Positions 26,066 to 34,673 of a DNA stretch of 37,815 bases are shown one piece after another. The stretch's first letter is position 1, and the number at the start of each line of letters is the position of its first letter. A program made the translations under genes and the position numbers. The stretch comes from a virus (lineage: Duplodnaviria > Caudoviricetes): positions 1 through 37,815 of the IMG/VR virus record IMGVR_UViG_3300035524_000069; one strand, written 5' to 3'. Under the pieces are notes generated by a model. It saw only the letters and a list, made by a program, of their open reading frames with translations. It did not search any database and was not told where the DNA came from.

Positions 26066-26562
26066 ACCTTCCACACAGTTTGATTGCAGGTGAAACACTG
26101 ACCCTAGAGTTCTCAATCAATGGGCTAGAGTCAGCTTTGCTGTATCTTCGAGGACCATCCATGAAAGATGATGTCGCTCAAGTAACCGGCTATACTGCAC
26201 AATTCTCTGTATCCACAGAAAACCTCGAACCTGGAATCTACGGTCTTGAGGTATGGGCAACCATCTCCGGGAAGAAGACTCTAATTCGCCAAACGCGGCT
26301 CGTTCTAAAGGCCAGCATAGCCACCCAAGGCTCAAACGTTGACCAGAGATCCCAAGCTGAACGCATTGTTGCAGCAATCGAAGACTATATCGAACGCGGT
26401 GCCCAAAGCCCGAATAGACGATACAGGATCAACAACCGTGAGATAGAACGTTACATGATCTCTGAACTTCTTAAATTGCTCGATTATTACAAGCGAATCG
26501 CAGCTTCAGAGAAACGGAAACGCACCGGCCAAAACCGCAGCCGAATACTCTTTAAGCTATGA
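26059..26562 (+). CDS. Head completion / head-tail adaptor (lambda gpW-like C-terminal domain)
   Basis: Between terL and portal; RYRINNREIERY.ISELLKL..YY pattern; TTG start. Confidence 0.7.
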   Translation: MVDLPHSLIAGETLTLEFSINGLESALLYLRGPSMKDDVAQVTGYTAQFSVSTENLEPGIYGLEVWATISGKKTLIRQTRLVLKASIATQGSNVDQRSQAERIVAAIEDYIERGAQSPNRRYRINNREIERYMISELLKLLDYYKRIAASEKRKRTGQNRSRILFKL

Positions 26563-27998
26563 AACTCTTTGGACTCGATATTACGCGGACCTCGAAGGTT
26601 GAACGACAACACAAGCGAGGTAGGCCACCGGCGGTAAAGCTGAACAGATTTTTAGATTCAGCCAATCATGGGCGGCTTGAAGAGGCATGGGTGTCTACGC
26701 CACAAACAGCCGATTCCATCATCTACAAAGACTGGAAGCCGACCGTGGCCAGGTGCATGGAGCAAGCGAACAACACCCCTCATGCCAGGAAGTTCTTGTC
26801 CATGCTCAAAGACAATGTGGCCGGGCCGAATGGGTTCTCGCTTCAGGCAAATGTCCGCAATGCATCCGGGAGCAAAGATGAGAGAGCTAACAAAGCGATC
26901 GAGGAAGCTTACAAGGAATTCTCTGACTCAAGGAACTTTGAAGTAACCGGCCAATTTAGCCGTGCCCAATTCGAACGTCTCGGAATCTCCACATGCGCGA
27001 CACATGGCGAGTTCATGGTCGTAAGGATCGTAGACCGGTCCATCAATGAATGGGGAATAGCTTTTCAGATCCTGGATCCACTTATGGTGGACTCGACGTA
27101 TTTTGCTGATCTTGGCGATGGTGTTTCCATCAGAGCAGGGATCGAAATGGATGCATTCCGTCGTCCCCTAGCCTATCACGTAAACCAGTATGATTCCTGG
27201 GGGCACTCATTTTTTGAAAGCTACAACAAGAGAATCCGTATTCCCATTGAAAGGGTGACTCATGCCTTCATGCCTGAGCTCATTAACCAGCCACGCGGCC
27301 TGCCTTGGATGCGAACCTCCCTCTGGCAGATGAGAATGCTTAAAGGCTATGGTGATGCCGCTGTGACAAACGCCAGAATCGCTGCGTCAAAGATGGGATT
27401 CTTCAGGAGCGATGAAGCTGAAGATGACGAAGACGAAATGATTGATGCAGCCGAACCAGGAGCATTTGAGGACATCGGCAACCGAACTCTGGTAGATTGG
27501 GATCCACAATATCCGAATGGTGAATTCGACCCCTTCACGAAGTCAGTCTTACACTGGTTGGCAAGCGGTCTATTGGTGTCCTATCACAGTTTAACGGGAG
27601 ATCTTTCCGACGTTAATTTCTCATCGATCCGGCAAGGTGAACTTGATCAGCGAGAGGTCTGGAAGGGATTGCAATCCTGGTATTCAGAAGCACTTTGCCG
27701 CCACCTTTATGAGCAATGGCTCGAGATCGCGATTATGAGCGACAAGATAAAGGTCGGGAATACCCCCTTGAGGCTCGATCGCTTCTCCCGATACAAGAGA
27801 GTTAACTTCATTGGACGCCGCTGGGACTGGGTGGATCCTCTCAAGGATATCAATGCCAAGGCCAAGGAAATCGAGCTGGGCATTACAAGCAGGGCTCGAG
27901 TTATCCGAGAACGTTCTAACGAGGACCCGAACGAGATCTTCGAAGAGGTCAAAAAGGAACAAGAACAGTTCAGAGACGAGGAGCCTGAGCAACATTGA
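26559..27998 (+). CDS. Portal protein, lambda family
   Basis: NVAGPNG, GIEMDAFRRPLAYH, QPRGLPW, LTGDLSDVNFSSIRQG, WDWVDPLKD. Confidence 0.96.
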   Translation: MKLFGLDITRTSKVERQHKRGRPPAVKLNRFLDSANHGRLEEAWVSTPQTADSIIYKDWKPTVARCMEQANNTPHARKFLSMLKDNVAGPNGFSLQANVRNASGSKDERANKAIEEAYKEFSDSRNFEVTGQFSRAQFERLGISTCATHGEFMVVRIVDRSINEWGIAFQILDPLMVDSTYFADLGDGVSIRAGIEMDAFRRPLAYHVNQYDSWGHSFFESYNKRIRIPIERVTHAFMPELINQPRGLPWMRTSLWQMRMLKGYGDAAVTNARIAASKMGFFRSDEAEDDEDEMIDAAEPGAFEDIGNRTLVDWDPQYPNGEFDPFTKSVLHWLASGLLVSYHSLTGDLSDVNFSSIRQGELDQREVWKGLQSWYSEALCRHLYEQWLEIAIMSDKIKVGNTPLRLDRFSRYKRVNFIGRRWDWVDPLKDINAKAKEIELGITSRARVIRERSNEDPNEIFEEVKKEQEQFRDEEPEQH

Positions 27999-28032
27999 TG
28001 CACTAGAACGTAGAGGCCGCTTAAGATATCAT
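27991..28032 (+). promoter_or_regulatory. Putative late promoter copy 4 (capsid operon)
   Basis: AACATTGATGCACTAGA (27991-28007), 19 nt, TATCAT (28027-28032), 8 nt, ATG 28041. Confidence 0.8.
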
Positions 28033-28040
28033 CCTCAACA

Positions 28041-29879
28041 ATGAGTGATAAACTTAATAGTCTCATTGGAAAAAGCATAACCAGGGCATCGACTTTAACT
28101 CCAATTAACGAGGACGAAGAGTCCAGGTCTTTCGAGTTATCTTTTTCTTCTGAAGAGCCAATTGAAGATTGGCCAGGCATGTTCACCATTTTGTCTCACG
28201 ATGCGGGCTCGGTTGATTTGAACCGGTTGAATAATGGCGCACCCCTTCTGTTCAATCACAATCGAGGCGATCATATCGGAGTTGTTGAAAGTGCAAGGGT
28301 CGATTCTGACCGTAGAGGCAGAGCTGTTGTTCGGTTGAGCAAGAGCACCCGCGGCGAAGAGATCTACCAAGACATCAAGGATAATGTTCTGCGTAACGTA
28401 TCTGTTGGCCTCCGAATCAAAGAACTACGTTTTGAGGCTGAAGAAGACGAAAAGGAAACCTACCGCGCCACCAAATGGGAACCTTACGAAATATCCATCG
28501 TTCCAATTCCAGCAGATACCAATGTGGGAATCGGACGTGGCCTTAACTCAACACCTCCAAAATTTGAAATAATGGCAGACGAAAACGACACCGTTGATCC
28601 TAAGCTAGAACGTCAAGCCGGCATCGATATCGAGCGCAAGCGAATCCAGGACCTGAATTCAGTTGGCGATCAGTTCGGTGAACAAGAGCTTGCTCGTGAA
28701 TACATCGTCACAGGGAAATCCCTGGATGATTTCAAAGACGCCGTTCTCACGAAACGAAACCAGGAACACAACCAGAAGCTGGAACAAGCCAACCAGCCAA
28801 TCGGCCTGAGCGAACGTGAGAAGAAGGACTACTCTTTTATCAAAGTGATCCGCTATTTGGCTGACCCAACAAGCAAACGTTTACGCGAAGATGCTTCGTT
28901 TGAAATTGAATGCGCTGAAGCGGCCAATAACAAACGAGTCAAAGAAAGTAGCACTGAACGTGGCTTTATGATCCCGACGGACATTCTTCGCTCTCCTATT
29001 CTTAATGTTAAGCGAGGGACCAACATCATTGGGATCAAGGGAACTGGCGGCTATACCGGCACAGGTGGTAACCTTGTAGACACCACCCTACTTTCATCCT
29101 CGTTTATCGAGATCTTGCGAAACCGAGCTGTGTTGCTCAGACACGCCACCCAAATCGGTGGACTGATTGGAGACATCGATATTCCAAAGGAATTGACCTC
29201 CATGACCACTGCATGGATTGGGGAAGATGAAGAAGCTCCGCAATCTGATATCGACTTCGGAGTTATTGGCCTGCGAAACAGAACCGTTTCGGCTCGTGGT
29301 GCTGTAACTCGAAAGATGATCAAGCAGTCCTCGATCGATATCGAAGCTCTGATTCGTATGTCCATCGCACGATCTATTGCCTTGGAAATCGACCGTGCTG
29401 GACTTTATGGCGATGGTCAAAACAACCAGCCGATTGGAATCATTGGAACCAACAACATCAATGCAGTGAACTTTGCAACAGATGCAAAGCCGACATACGC
29501 CGAAATTGTTGAAATGGAAACCAGGGTAGCTGCAGACAATGCAGACATTGGCAGCATGATTTACATGTTACCAGCCACCATGCGCGGACACCTCAAGACA
29601 ACTCAAAAGTTTACCGGAACAAACGGAAACCCAATTTGGGAGACTGGAAATACGGTCAACGGATACCAGACTGAGGTAACTAATCAGCTCAAATCAACCG
29701 ACATTCTCTACGGAAACTTATCCGACCTTTACGTTGGCATGTGGGGCGGTCTGGAGCTCGCAGTCGATCCATATACGGAATCCTCAAAGGGACGCATTAA
29801 ACTCAATGCCTTCCAAGACGTGGACTTCGAATTGGCTCGAGAAGAATCCTTCTGCCTCGGAAGACATACTACCGCTTAA
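28041..29879 (+). CDS. Prohead protease - major capsid protein fusion (HK97 fold)
   Basis: N-terminal SFSSE, PLLFNH, RNVSVG, WEPYEISIVPIPAD (protease); coiled scaffold region; C-terminal GGNLV, WIGE, G.G..NQP.GI, WGGLEL.VDPY (capsid). Confidence 0.93.
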   Translation: MSDKLNSLIGKSITRASTLTPINEDEESRSFELSFSSEEPIEDWPGMFTILSHDAGSVDLNRLNNGAPLLFNHNRGDHIGVVESARVDSDRRGRAVVRLSKSTRGEEIYQDIKDNVLRNVSVGLRIKELRFEAEEDEKETYRATKWEPYEISIVPIPADTNVGIGRGLNSTPPKFEIMADENDTVDPKLERQAGIDIERKRIQDLNSVGDQFGEQELAREYIVTGKSLDDFKDAVLTKRNQEHNQKLEQANQPIGLSEREKKDYSFIKVIRYLADPTSKRLREDASFEIECAEAANNKRVKESSTERGFMIPTDILRSPILNVKRGTNIIGIKGTGGYTGTGGNLVDTTLLSSSFIEILRNRAVLLRHATQIGGLIGDIDIPKELTSMTTAWIGEDEEAPQSDIDFGVIGLRNRTVSARGAVTRKMIKQSSIDIEALIRMSIARSIALEIDRAGLYGDGQNNQPIGIIGTNNINAVNFATDAKPTYAEIVEMETRVAADNADIGSMIYMLPATMRGHLKTTQKFTGTNGNPIWETGNTVNGYQTEVTNQLKSTDILYGNLSDLYVGMWGGLELAVDPYTESSKGRIKLNAFQDVDFELAREESFCLGRHTTA

Positions 29880-29884
29880 CTTCC

Positions 29885-29921
29885 TTACTCCCTGTGACAC
29901 ACACAGGGAGTAACTTCTTTT
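29885..29921 (+). terminator. Intrinsic terminator after the capsid gene
   Basis: 12-bp stem TTACTCCCTGTG / CACAGGGAGTAA, 5-nt loop, followed by CTTCTTTT. Confidence 0.75.
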
Positions 29922-29940
29922 CAAACCAACTATTTAGACA

Positions 29941-30090
29941 ATGAAAATTCAAATCACATCTGCAATTGCACGAGACGGCGAGGTCGTCAAAAAGGGGGCC
30001 GAGCTGGAGCTCAAAGATGAAGAAGCCAAGCACCTAATCACTCGAGGATGTGCCAAGGCAGTCTCGGCAAAAGCACCCGAAAAGAAATGA
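29941..30090 (+). CDS. Small head-associated protein (49 aa, lambda gpFI-like position; not in ORF track)
   Basis: MKIQITSAIARDGEVVKKGAELELKDEEAKHLITRGCAK...; stop overlaps next ATG (ATGA). Confidence 0.75.
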   Translation: MKIQITSAIARDGEVVKKGAELELKDEEAKHLITRGCAKAVSAKAPEKK

Positions 30091-30392
30091 TCGAGAGTGA
30101 AGAAGACCTAGCAGTTTTCTTCTCCGATGACTTTGCCCAAGAGATAACAGCAATCACTCAATCCGGTGAGTCGTTTGTTTTTAAAGGCATCTTTGACGAT
30201 GCCTTTTTTAATCCCGAAATCGGAGAAATGGAGATCGAAGGCACACAGCCACGAATCCAAACCACCAGAGCAACTGCCATGCGCTTAACTCGAGGAGACA
30301 AAGTGGTGGTCGATGGAAAGGATTACTTCGTTTTAAAGCCAAAGCCCGAGATCGGAGAAAAAACCGCATATATATCCCTATCCTATGCCTGA
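30087..30392 (+). CDS. Head-tail joining protein (lambda gpFII-like)
   Basis: EDLAVFFSDDFA, GIFD, RGDKVVVDGKDY; start at ATG 30087. Confidence 0.75.
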   Translation: MIESEEDLAVFFSDDFAQEITAITQSGESFVFKGIFDDAFFNPEIGEMEIEGTQPRIQTTRATAMRLTRGDKVVVDGKDYFVLKPKPEIGEKTAYISLSYA

Positions 30393-30897
30393 TGCGTTCA
30401 TACAGTTTGATGCTTCAGATTTAGATCGTGTTGCCATGAGCTTTGGCGCAACACGCAAGGAAATCGATCTCGCTTTGAGGAAAGCCACCATCAGGACCAC
30501 GCGGTGGCTACGAACCCAAGTCCTAAGAACATCATCAAATGTGGTCTCGGTCTCACAGCGTAACTTCAGGAAGAGAGTATTTCTCCGGATCGACAAAAAA
30601 AATCATGGCTCTGTATGGGTTGGTCTAAACCCGATCAATCTATCCTTCCTAAGTCCACGGCAAACGAGGCGAGGCGTTCGAGCGAGGTCTATATTCAGGC
30701 AATCGGCTTTTATAATGCCTTCAGGGGCAGTAATGAAACGTAAAGGAAAAGCCCGACTCCCAATAGAAAAACAAGCTCTTCCAATTGCCGAAGCTTTAGA
30801 AGGTATCTTACAGAACAAGGTTTTTAACTCTAACAACGTGGCCCGAGTTTTCATGAAAGAATTTGAAAGCAATCTGCAATGGAGAATAAACCAATAG
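30385..30897 (+). CDS. Tail completion protein (lambda gpZ-like)
   Basis: Very basic; VWVGLNPI, AFI...VMKRKGKARLPI; position. Confidence 0.7.
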   Translation: MPDAFIQFDASDLDRVAMSFGATRKEIDLALRKATIRTTRWLRTQVLRTSSNVVSVSQRNFRKRVFLRIDKKNHGSVWVGLNPINLSFLSPRQTRRGVRARSIFRQSAFIMPSGAVMKRKGKARLPIEKQALPIAEALEGILQNKVFNSNNVARVFMKEFESNLQWRINQ

Positions 30898-31406
30898 AAC
30901 TGCGTGAATATCATGACGCTATTACAGCAGCTATCAAAGACGCTGTTCCAGAGCTGGATGAAATCACATATTATGCGATCAAAAGGGACCGCATCAGGAC
31001 CCCTTCCGTCATTATAGAGCTAAAAGAATGGACTCCTGCAGATAAAGATGACGGGACAGGCATGCATTCCTGGGACTTCTCATGGTCCGCGTATGTCTTT
31101 GTTAAGTTCTGCCGAGAAATCGCAAAGCTGGAACTGCGAGAGTTAGCAATGAAAGTATGCATGGCCGTAGAAGAAAATCGTTTCGGGATCCAAGCATCAC
31201 CCGCAAATGTTACTCTATGTGAGCAAGACGATTTCGACCCTGAATGGGATGCTTATGAGGTCTTCCGTATTGATTGGACACAAACAGCGAGAGTCGGAGT
31301 AAACGTCTGGAAAGCAGACAATGAAACGCATCCTGAACACCTCATGGTAAGTGAATCCCCGGACATCGGGATTCCTCACGAAGACGATTATTTGGAGGTG
31401 ACATGA
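30879..31406 (+). CDS. Putative tail terminator
   Basis: Acidic; HDAI..AIK, TPSVIIEL, YEVFRIDWTQ; precedes baseplate spike. Confidence 0.6.
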   Translation: MENKPIELREYHDAITAAIKDAVPELDEITYYAIKRDRIRTPSVIIELKEWTPADKDDGTGMHSWDFSWSAYVFVKFCREIAKLELRELAMKVCMAVEENRFGIQASPANVTLCEQDDFDPEWDAYEVFRIDWTQTARVGVNVWKADNETHPEHLMVSESPDIGIPHEDDYLEVT

Positions 31407-31918
31407 ACCCGGGTCAAATAAGTGTTGAGCTCGAGAACTCACGCCGATTGATCAGTAACATCATTCAGTATGGTACTATCTCGGAAGTGGATCCGGCAAA
31501 AGTAAGAGCCAAGGTAAAATCTGGTAAGCTAACCACCGGGTTCTTGCCAATCCTAATGCCGGCAACAGGTGGCATAAAGATATGGCGTTTACCGAGCATC
31601 GGGGAGCAAGTCATGATTCTATCTCCATCAGGAAACACGACTAATGGAGTCATTCTTCCTGGACTGTATCAGACCGCCTTTCCAGCTCCATCCACTGATC
31701 CAAAGGAAACCATCATCGAGTTTGAAAATGGAGAGACCATAAAGCACAACTCCAGCTCAAACACCCTGACAGTGGTATCTTCAAACATGAATCTACAGGG
31801 CAATGTTACTATCCAAGGGGACGTTTCAGTAACAGGGAATACCTCTGTGACCGGCAACATATCAGCAACTGGAGACATTCTTGCGGGTGGTGCAAACTCC
31901 AATCATCACACTCACTGA
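31403..31918 (+). CDS. Baseplate spike (P2 gpV-like)
   Basis: NIIQYGTISEVD, PSIGEQVMILSPSG, beta-helix VxG repeats, terminal HTH metal motif (HHTH). Confidence 0.94.
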   Translation: MNPGQISVELENSRRLISNIIQYGTISEVDPAKVRAKVKSGKLTTGFLPILMPATGGIKIWRLPSIGEQVMILSPSGNTTNGVILPGLYQTAFPAPSTDPKETIIEFENGETIKHNSSSNTLTVVSSNMNLQGNVTIQGDVSVTGNTSVTGNISATGDILAGGANSNHHTH

Positions 31919-31921
31919 ATC

Positions 31922-31963
31922 AACATTGACGCACTAGAGACATATCTCCGTGGGATATATACT
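31922..31963 (+). promoter_or_regulatory. Putative late promoter copy 5 (baseplate/fibre operon)
   Basis: AACATTGACGCACTAGA (31922-31938), 19 nt, TATACT (31958-31963), 7 nt, ATG 31971. Confidence 0.8.
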
Positions 31964-31970
31964 CCACCGA

Positions 31971-32309
31971 ATGTCGATAGGGATGAACATGGATACAGGA
32001 TCGAGTATGAGCGATTTAGATCACATTCGCCAATCGGTTCAGAATATCCTCACAACGCCAATAGGAAGCCGTGTTATGCGGCGTGATTATGGATCCCGAC
32101 TCTTCTTCCTCCTGGATAACCCGATAAACCCAAGCCTCATTCTTGAGATCTATGCTGCTACAATTGAAGCCATCAATAAATGGGAGCCACGGATACGAGT
32201 CACACAGGTAAAACACGTGGTTTATGAAGGCAGAATCCAGCTGACAATAATCGGAGAGATTCTTCAAAACGAACAACCCATAACTCTGGAGGGAATCCAA
32301 ATTGGCTGA
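31971..32309 (+). CDS. Baseplate wedge protein (P2 gpW / gp25 family)
   Basis: HIRQSVQNILTTPIGSRVMRRDYGS, WEPRI; start at ATG 31971. Confidence 0.94.
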   Translation: MSIGMNMDTGSSMSDLDHIRQSVQNILTTPIGSRVMRRDYGSRLFFLLDNPINPSLILEIYAATIEAINKWEPRIRVTQVKHVVYEGRIQLTIIGEILQNEQPITLEGIQIG

Positions 32310-33180
32310 AATCAACCTGTCACAGTTACCTCCTCCTGATGTTATTGAGACCTTAGATTATGAGGCGATCGTAACCAGATTACATGAAAAGTTTAAAGAG
32401 GCATATCCGGAGCATGCAGACTTTCTCGAGTCTGATCCGGCAACCGAACTAATCGAGCTAGTTGCTGATCTGTCTATGATTTTGAGGCAACGCGTGAATG
32501 ATGCATCCAGAGAGGTTATGCTTGCTTCAGCAACGGGAACCAACCTCGATCATTTAGGGGCTCTGATGGGCGTCCAGAGGCTCGTACTCGCAGAAGCGGA
32601 TCCAGATGCTATTCCTCCAACGGAAGCTGTTTATGAAGCAGACAATGACTTCAGGTCCAGAATCCAGGCATCCCTGGAAGGTTTCTCTGTAGCCGGCCCT
32701 GAAGGAGCATACAAATCTCATGCACGAACCATTGCCGGCGTGAAGGATGTCTCTGTGGAGTCTCCAGCTCCTGGTGATGTCGACGTTTACATTCTATCCA
32801 ACGACGCAAAAGGCATTCCATCCGCCACACTAATTTCAAGGGTCGACGCTGTTCTAAATGATGAAGATGTCCGTCCCCTAACCGACAACGTCACCGTTCG
32901 TAGTTGCACAACGATTGACTATCAACTCATAGCAAACCTCGAGATTGAAGAAGGGCCAGATTCACAGGTGGTGAAGGCTGAAGCTTACGCCAGAATAGAA
33001 TCCTATCTGAACAATCAACATAGATTGGGAAGCACTGTCTCTTTGTCTGGAATTTATGCGGCACTGCACAGCTCCGGAGTCCGTAAAGTTACATTGAGTA
33101 ATCCTACCGCCGACATCGAGGCACCGAAATCTAAGGCCCCATACTGCACCGGTATAACTCTAACAGTGGACGGATCATGA
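32302..33180 (+). CDS. Baseplate protein J (P2 gpJ-like)
   Basis: INLSQLPPPDVIETLDYE, ESDP, FSVAGPEGAY, VRPLTD. Confidence 0.95.
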   Translation: MAEINLSQLPPPDVIETLDYEAIVTRLHEKFKEAYPEHADFLESDPATELIELVADLSMILRQRVNDASREVMLASATGTNLDHLGALMGVQRLVLAEADPDAIPPTEAVYEADNDFRSRIQASLEGFSVAGPEGAYKSHARTIAGVKDVSVESPAPGDVDVYILSNDAKGIPSATLISRVDAVLNDEDVRPLTDNVTVRSCTTIDYQLIANLEIEEGPDSQVVKAEAYARIESYLNNQHRLGSTVSLSGIYAALHSSGVRKVTLSNPTADIEAPKSKAPYCTGITLTVDGS

Positions 33181-34673
33181 GTAGTGAACTGTTACCACCT
33201 AATGCATCCCAAACAAGCAGAGCCTTAGCAGATGCGTTCGGGCAAGAACTTGATATACCGGTCCCCAACTACACGCTGTGGGATCCTCAATCATGTCCAG
33301 CCAATATCTTACCCTGGCTTGCCTGGTCCTTATCCGTGGACGAATGGGATGATAATTGGACTGAAGAACAAAAGAGAGATGCCATATCCGCAAGCGTTAC
33401 CGTTCATCGACAAAAAGGGACCATTGGCGCACTCAAAAGAGCTCTTCAAGCTATCGGCTATGATGTTGAAGTAGATGAGGACACCGGGCAGGCATACACA
33501 TTCAGACTCGCCTTTGATCTAAACCAGACGGGCCCACTGGACTCAAAAACATTCGCCATGGCAAAACGCGTAGCTTTAGCCAATAAGAATGCCAGGTCAC
33601 ATTTGTTGGCAGTGCAGGCTCTGATGCAAAGCACCGCACAAATATATGTAGGAGCCGCACATTGCCGCGCTGATGATGTTTCAATCACCTGTGATGGTAT
33701 TTCTCCATATGTATATGAACAGCCTCAAGGAGCCGCTCTTTGGGTCGGATATCCTTTCACCCTGACATCGAGAGCTATGGGCACAGAGCCTATCTCAATA
33801 CAGTGGTTCAAAGATGGTTCACCCATAAGTGGAGCCACCTCCAATTCCTACTCAGTTGCATCAGCTCGTGAACAGGACTTTGGGCATTATTATGCACGTT
33901 TCACAAATTCAATCGGCTCCGTTCAGTCAAATACGATAGCCGTGGCATCGGCACCTCTATTCACACAGCAACCGCAAGACTATCGAGGCATGTGGAGTGT
34001 TCCCGTTACGTTCTCCGTCGAGGTCGTTGGAACCGCCCCAATCACATATCAGTGGTATAAGAATGGTGCTCCTATCAATGGAGCAACTGCTACGAGCTAC
34101 ACCATTTCATCAGTTAGTGACTCAGATGAAGGAAGCTACACATGCCGGGCAACAAATCAGAATGGCTCTACTCTGTCAGAACCAGCAACACTTGAAATCT
34201 ATTTCGAGCCACCACAGCCCGTAACTGTCGTAAACGATCATCCAGCAGTGGTTGAGATATCCTGGCAGCCATATCAAGACCCAAGAGTCCAGGTAGACAA
34301 CTATGAGCTTCAATACTCTCTCGACGGAAATAATTGGTTCATTCTCTACACGGGTCCGGCATTAGAATTCACCCATAGCTTATCAGTTACAGGAACATAC
34401 ATTTACAGGCTCAGAGTTAGCATGGATACCAGAACCAGCGACTGGTCGAGTTACGTCACTTTTAACGCTGATAATGGAGTAATGGGAGGCATTTACCTGA
34501 ATGCCAGCTTAGGCGACTCAAGTGCGATGACGACTCCATACAGAACAACAACATCCGGAAACATGAGCATCTCTGGATCCCTTGGTATTTCCAGCAGTTT
34601 AGTAAATCCAACCAAAAGCGTTGGAATCGAAAATCTAGCTTTATCAGTAACATTGGAGGGAAATTATGAGTAA
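33177..34673 (+). CDS. Baseplate/tail protein I (P2 gpI-like) fused to two Ig-like domains and an Fn3 domain
   Basis: LLPPNA, CPANILPWLAWSLSVDEW, HRQKGT (gpI); QWFKDG..ISGAT...D.G.Y and QWYKNG..INGAT...DEGSYTC (Ig); ISW...YELQYS...Y.YRL...SDWS (Fn3). Confidence 0.88.
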   Translation: MSSELLPPNASQTSRALADAFGQELDIPVPNYTLWDPQSCPANILPWLAWSLSVDEWDDNWTEEQKRDAISASVTVHRQKGTIGALKRALQAIGYDVEVDEDTGQAYTFRLAFDLNQTGPLDSKTFAMAKRVALANKNARSHLLAVQALMQSTAQIYVGAAHCRADDVSITCDGISPYVYEQPQGAALWVGYPFTLTSRAMGTEPISIQWFKDGSPISGATSNSYSVASAREQDFGHYYARFTNSIGSVQSNTIAVASAPLFTQQPQDYRGMWSVPVTFSVEVVGTAPITYQWYKNGAPINGATATSYTISSVSDSDEGSYTCRATNQNGSTLSEPATLEIYFEPPQPVTVVNDHPAVVEISWQPYQDPRVQVDNYELQYSLDGNNWFILYTGPALEFTHSLSVTGTYIYRLRVSMDTRTSDWSSYVTFNADNGVMGGIYLNASLGDSSAMTTPYRTTTSGNMSISGSLGISSSLVNPTKSVGIENLALSVTLEGNYE

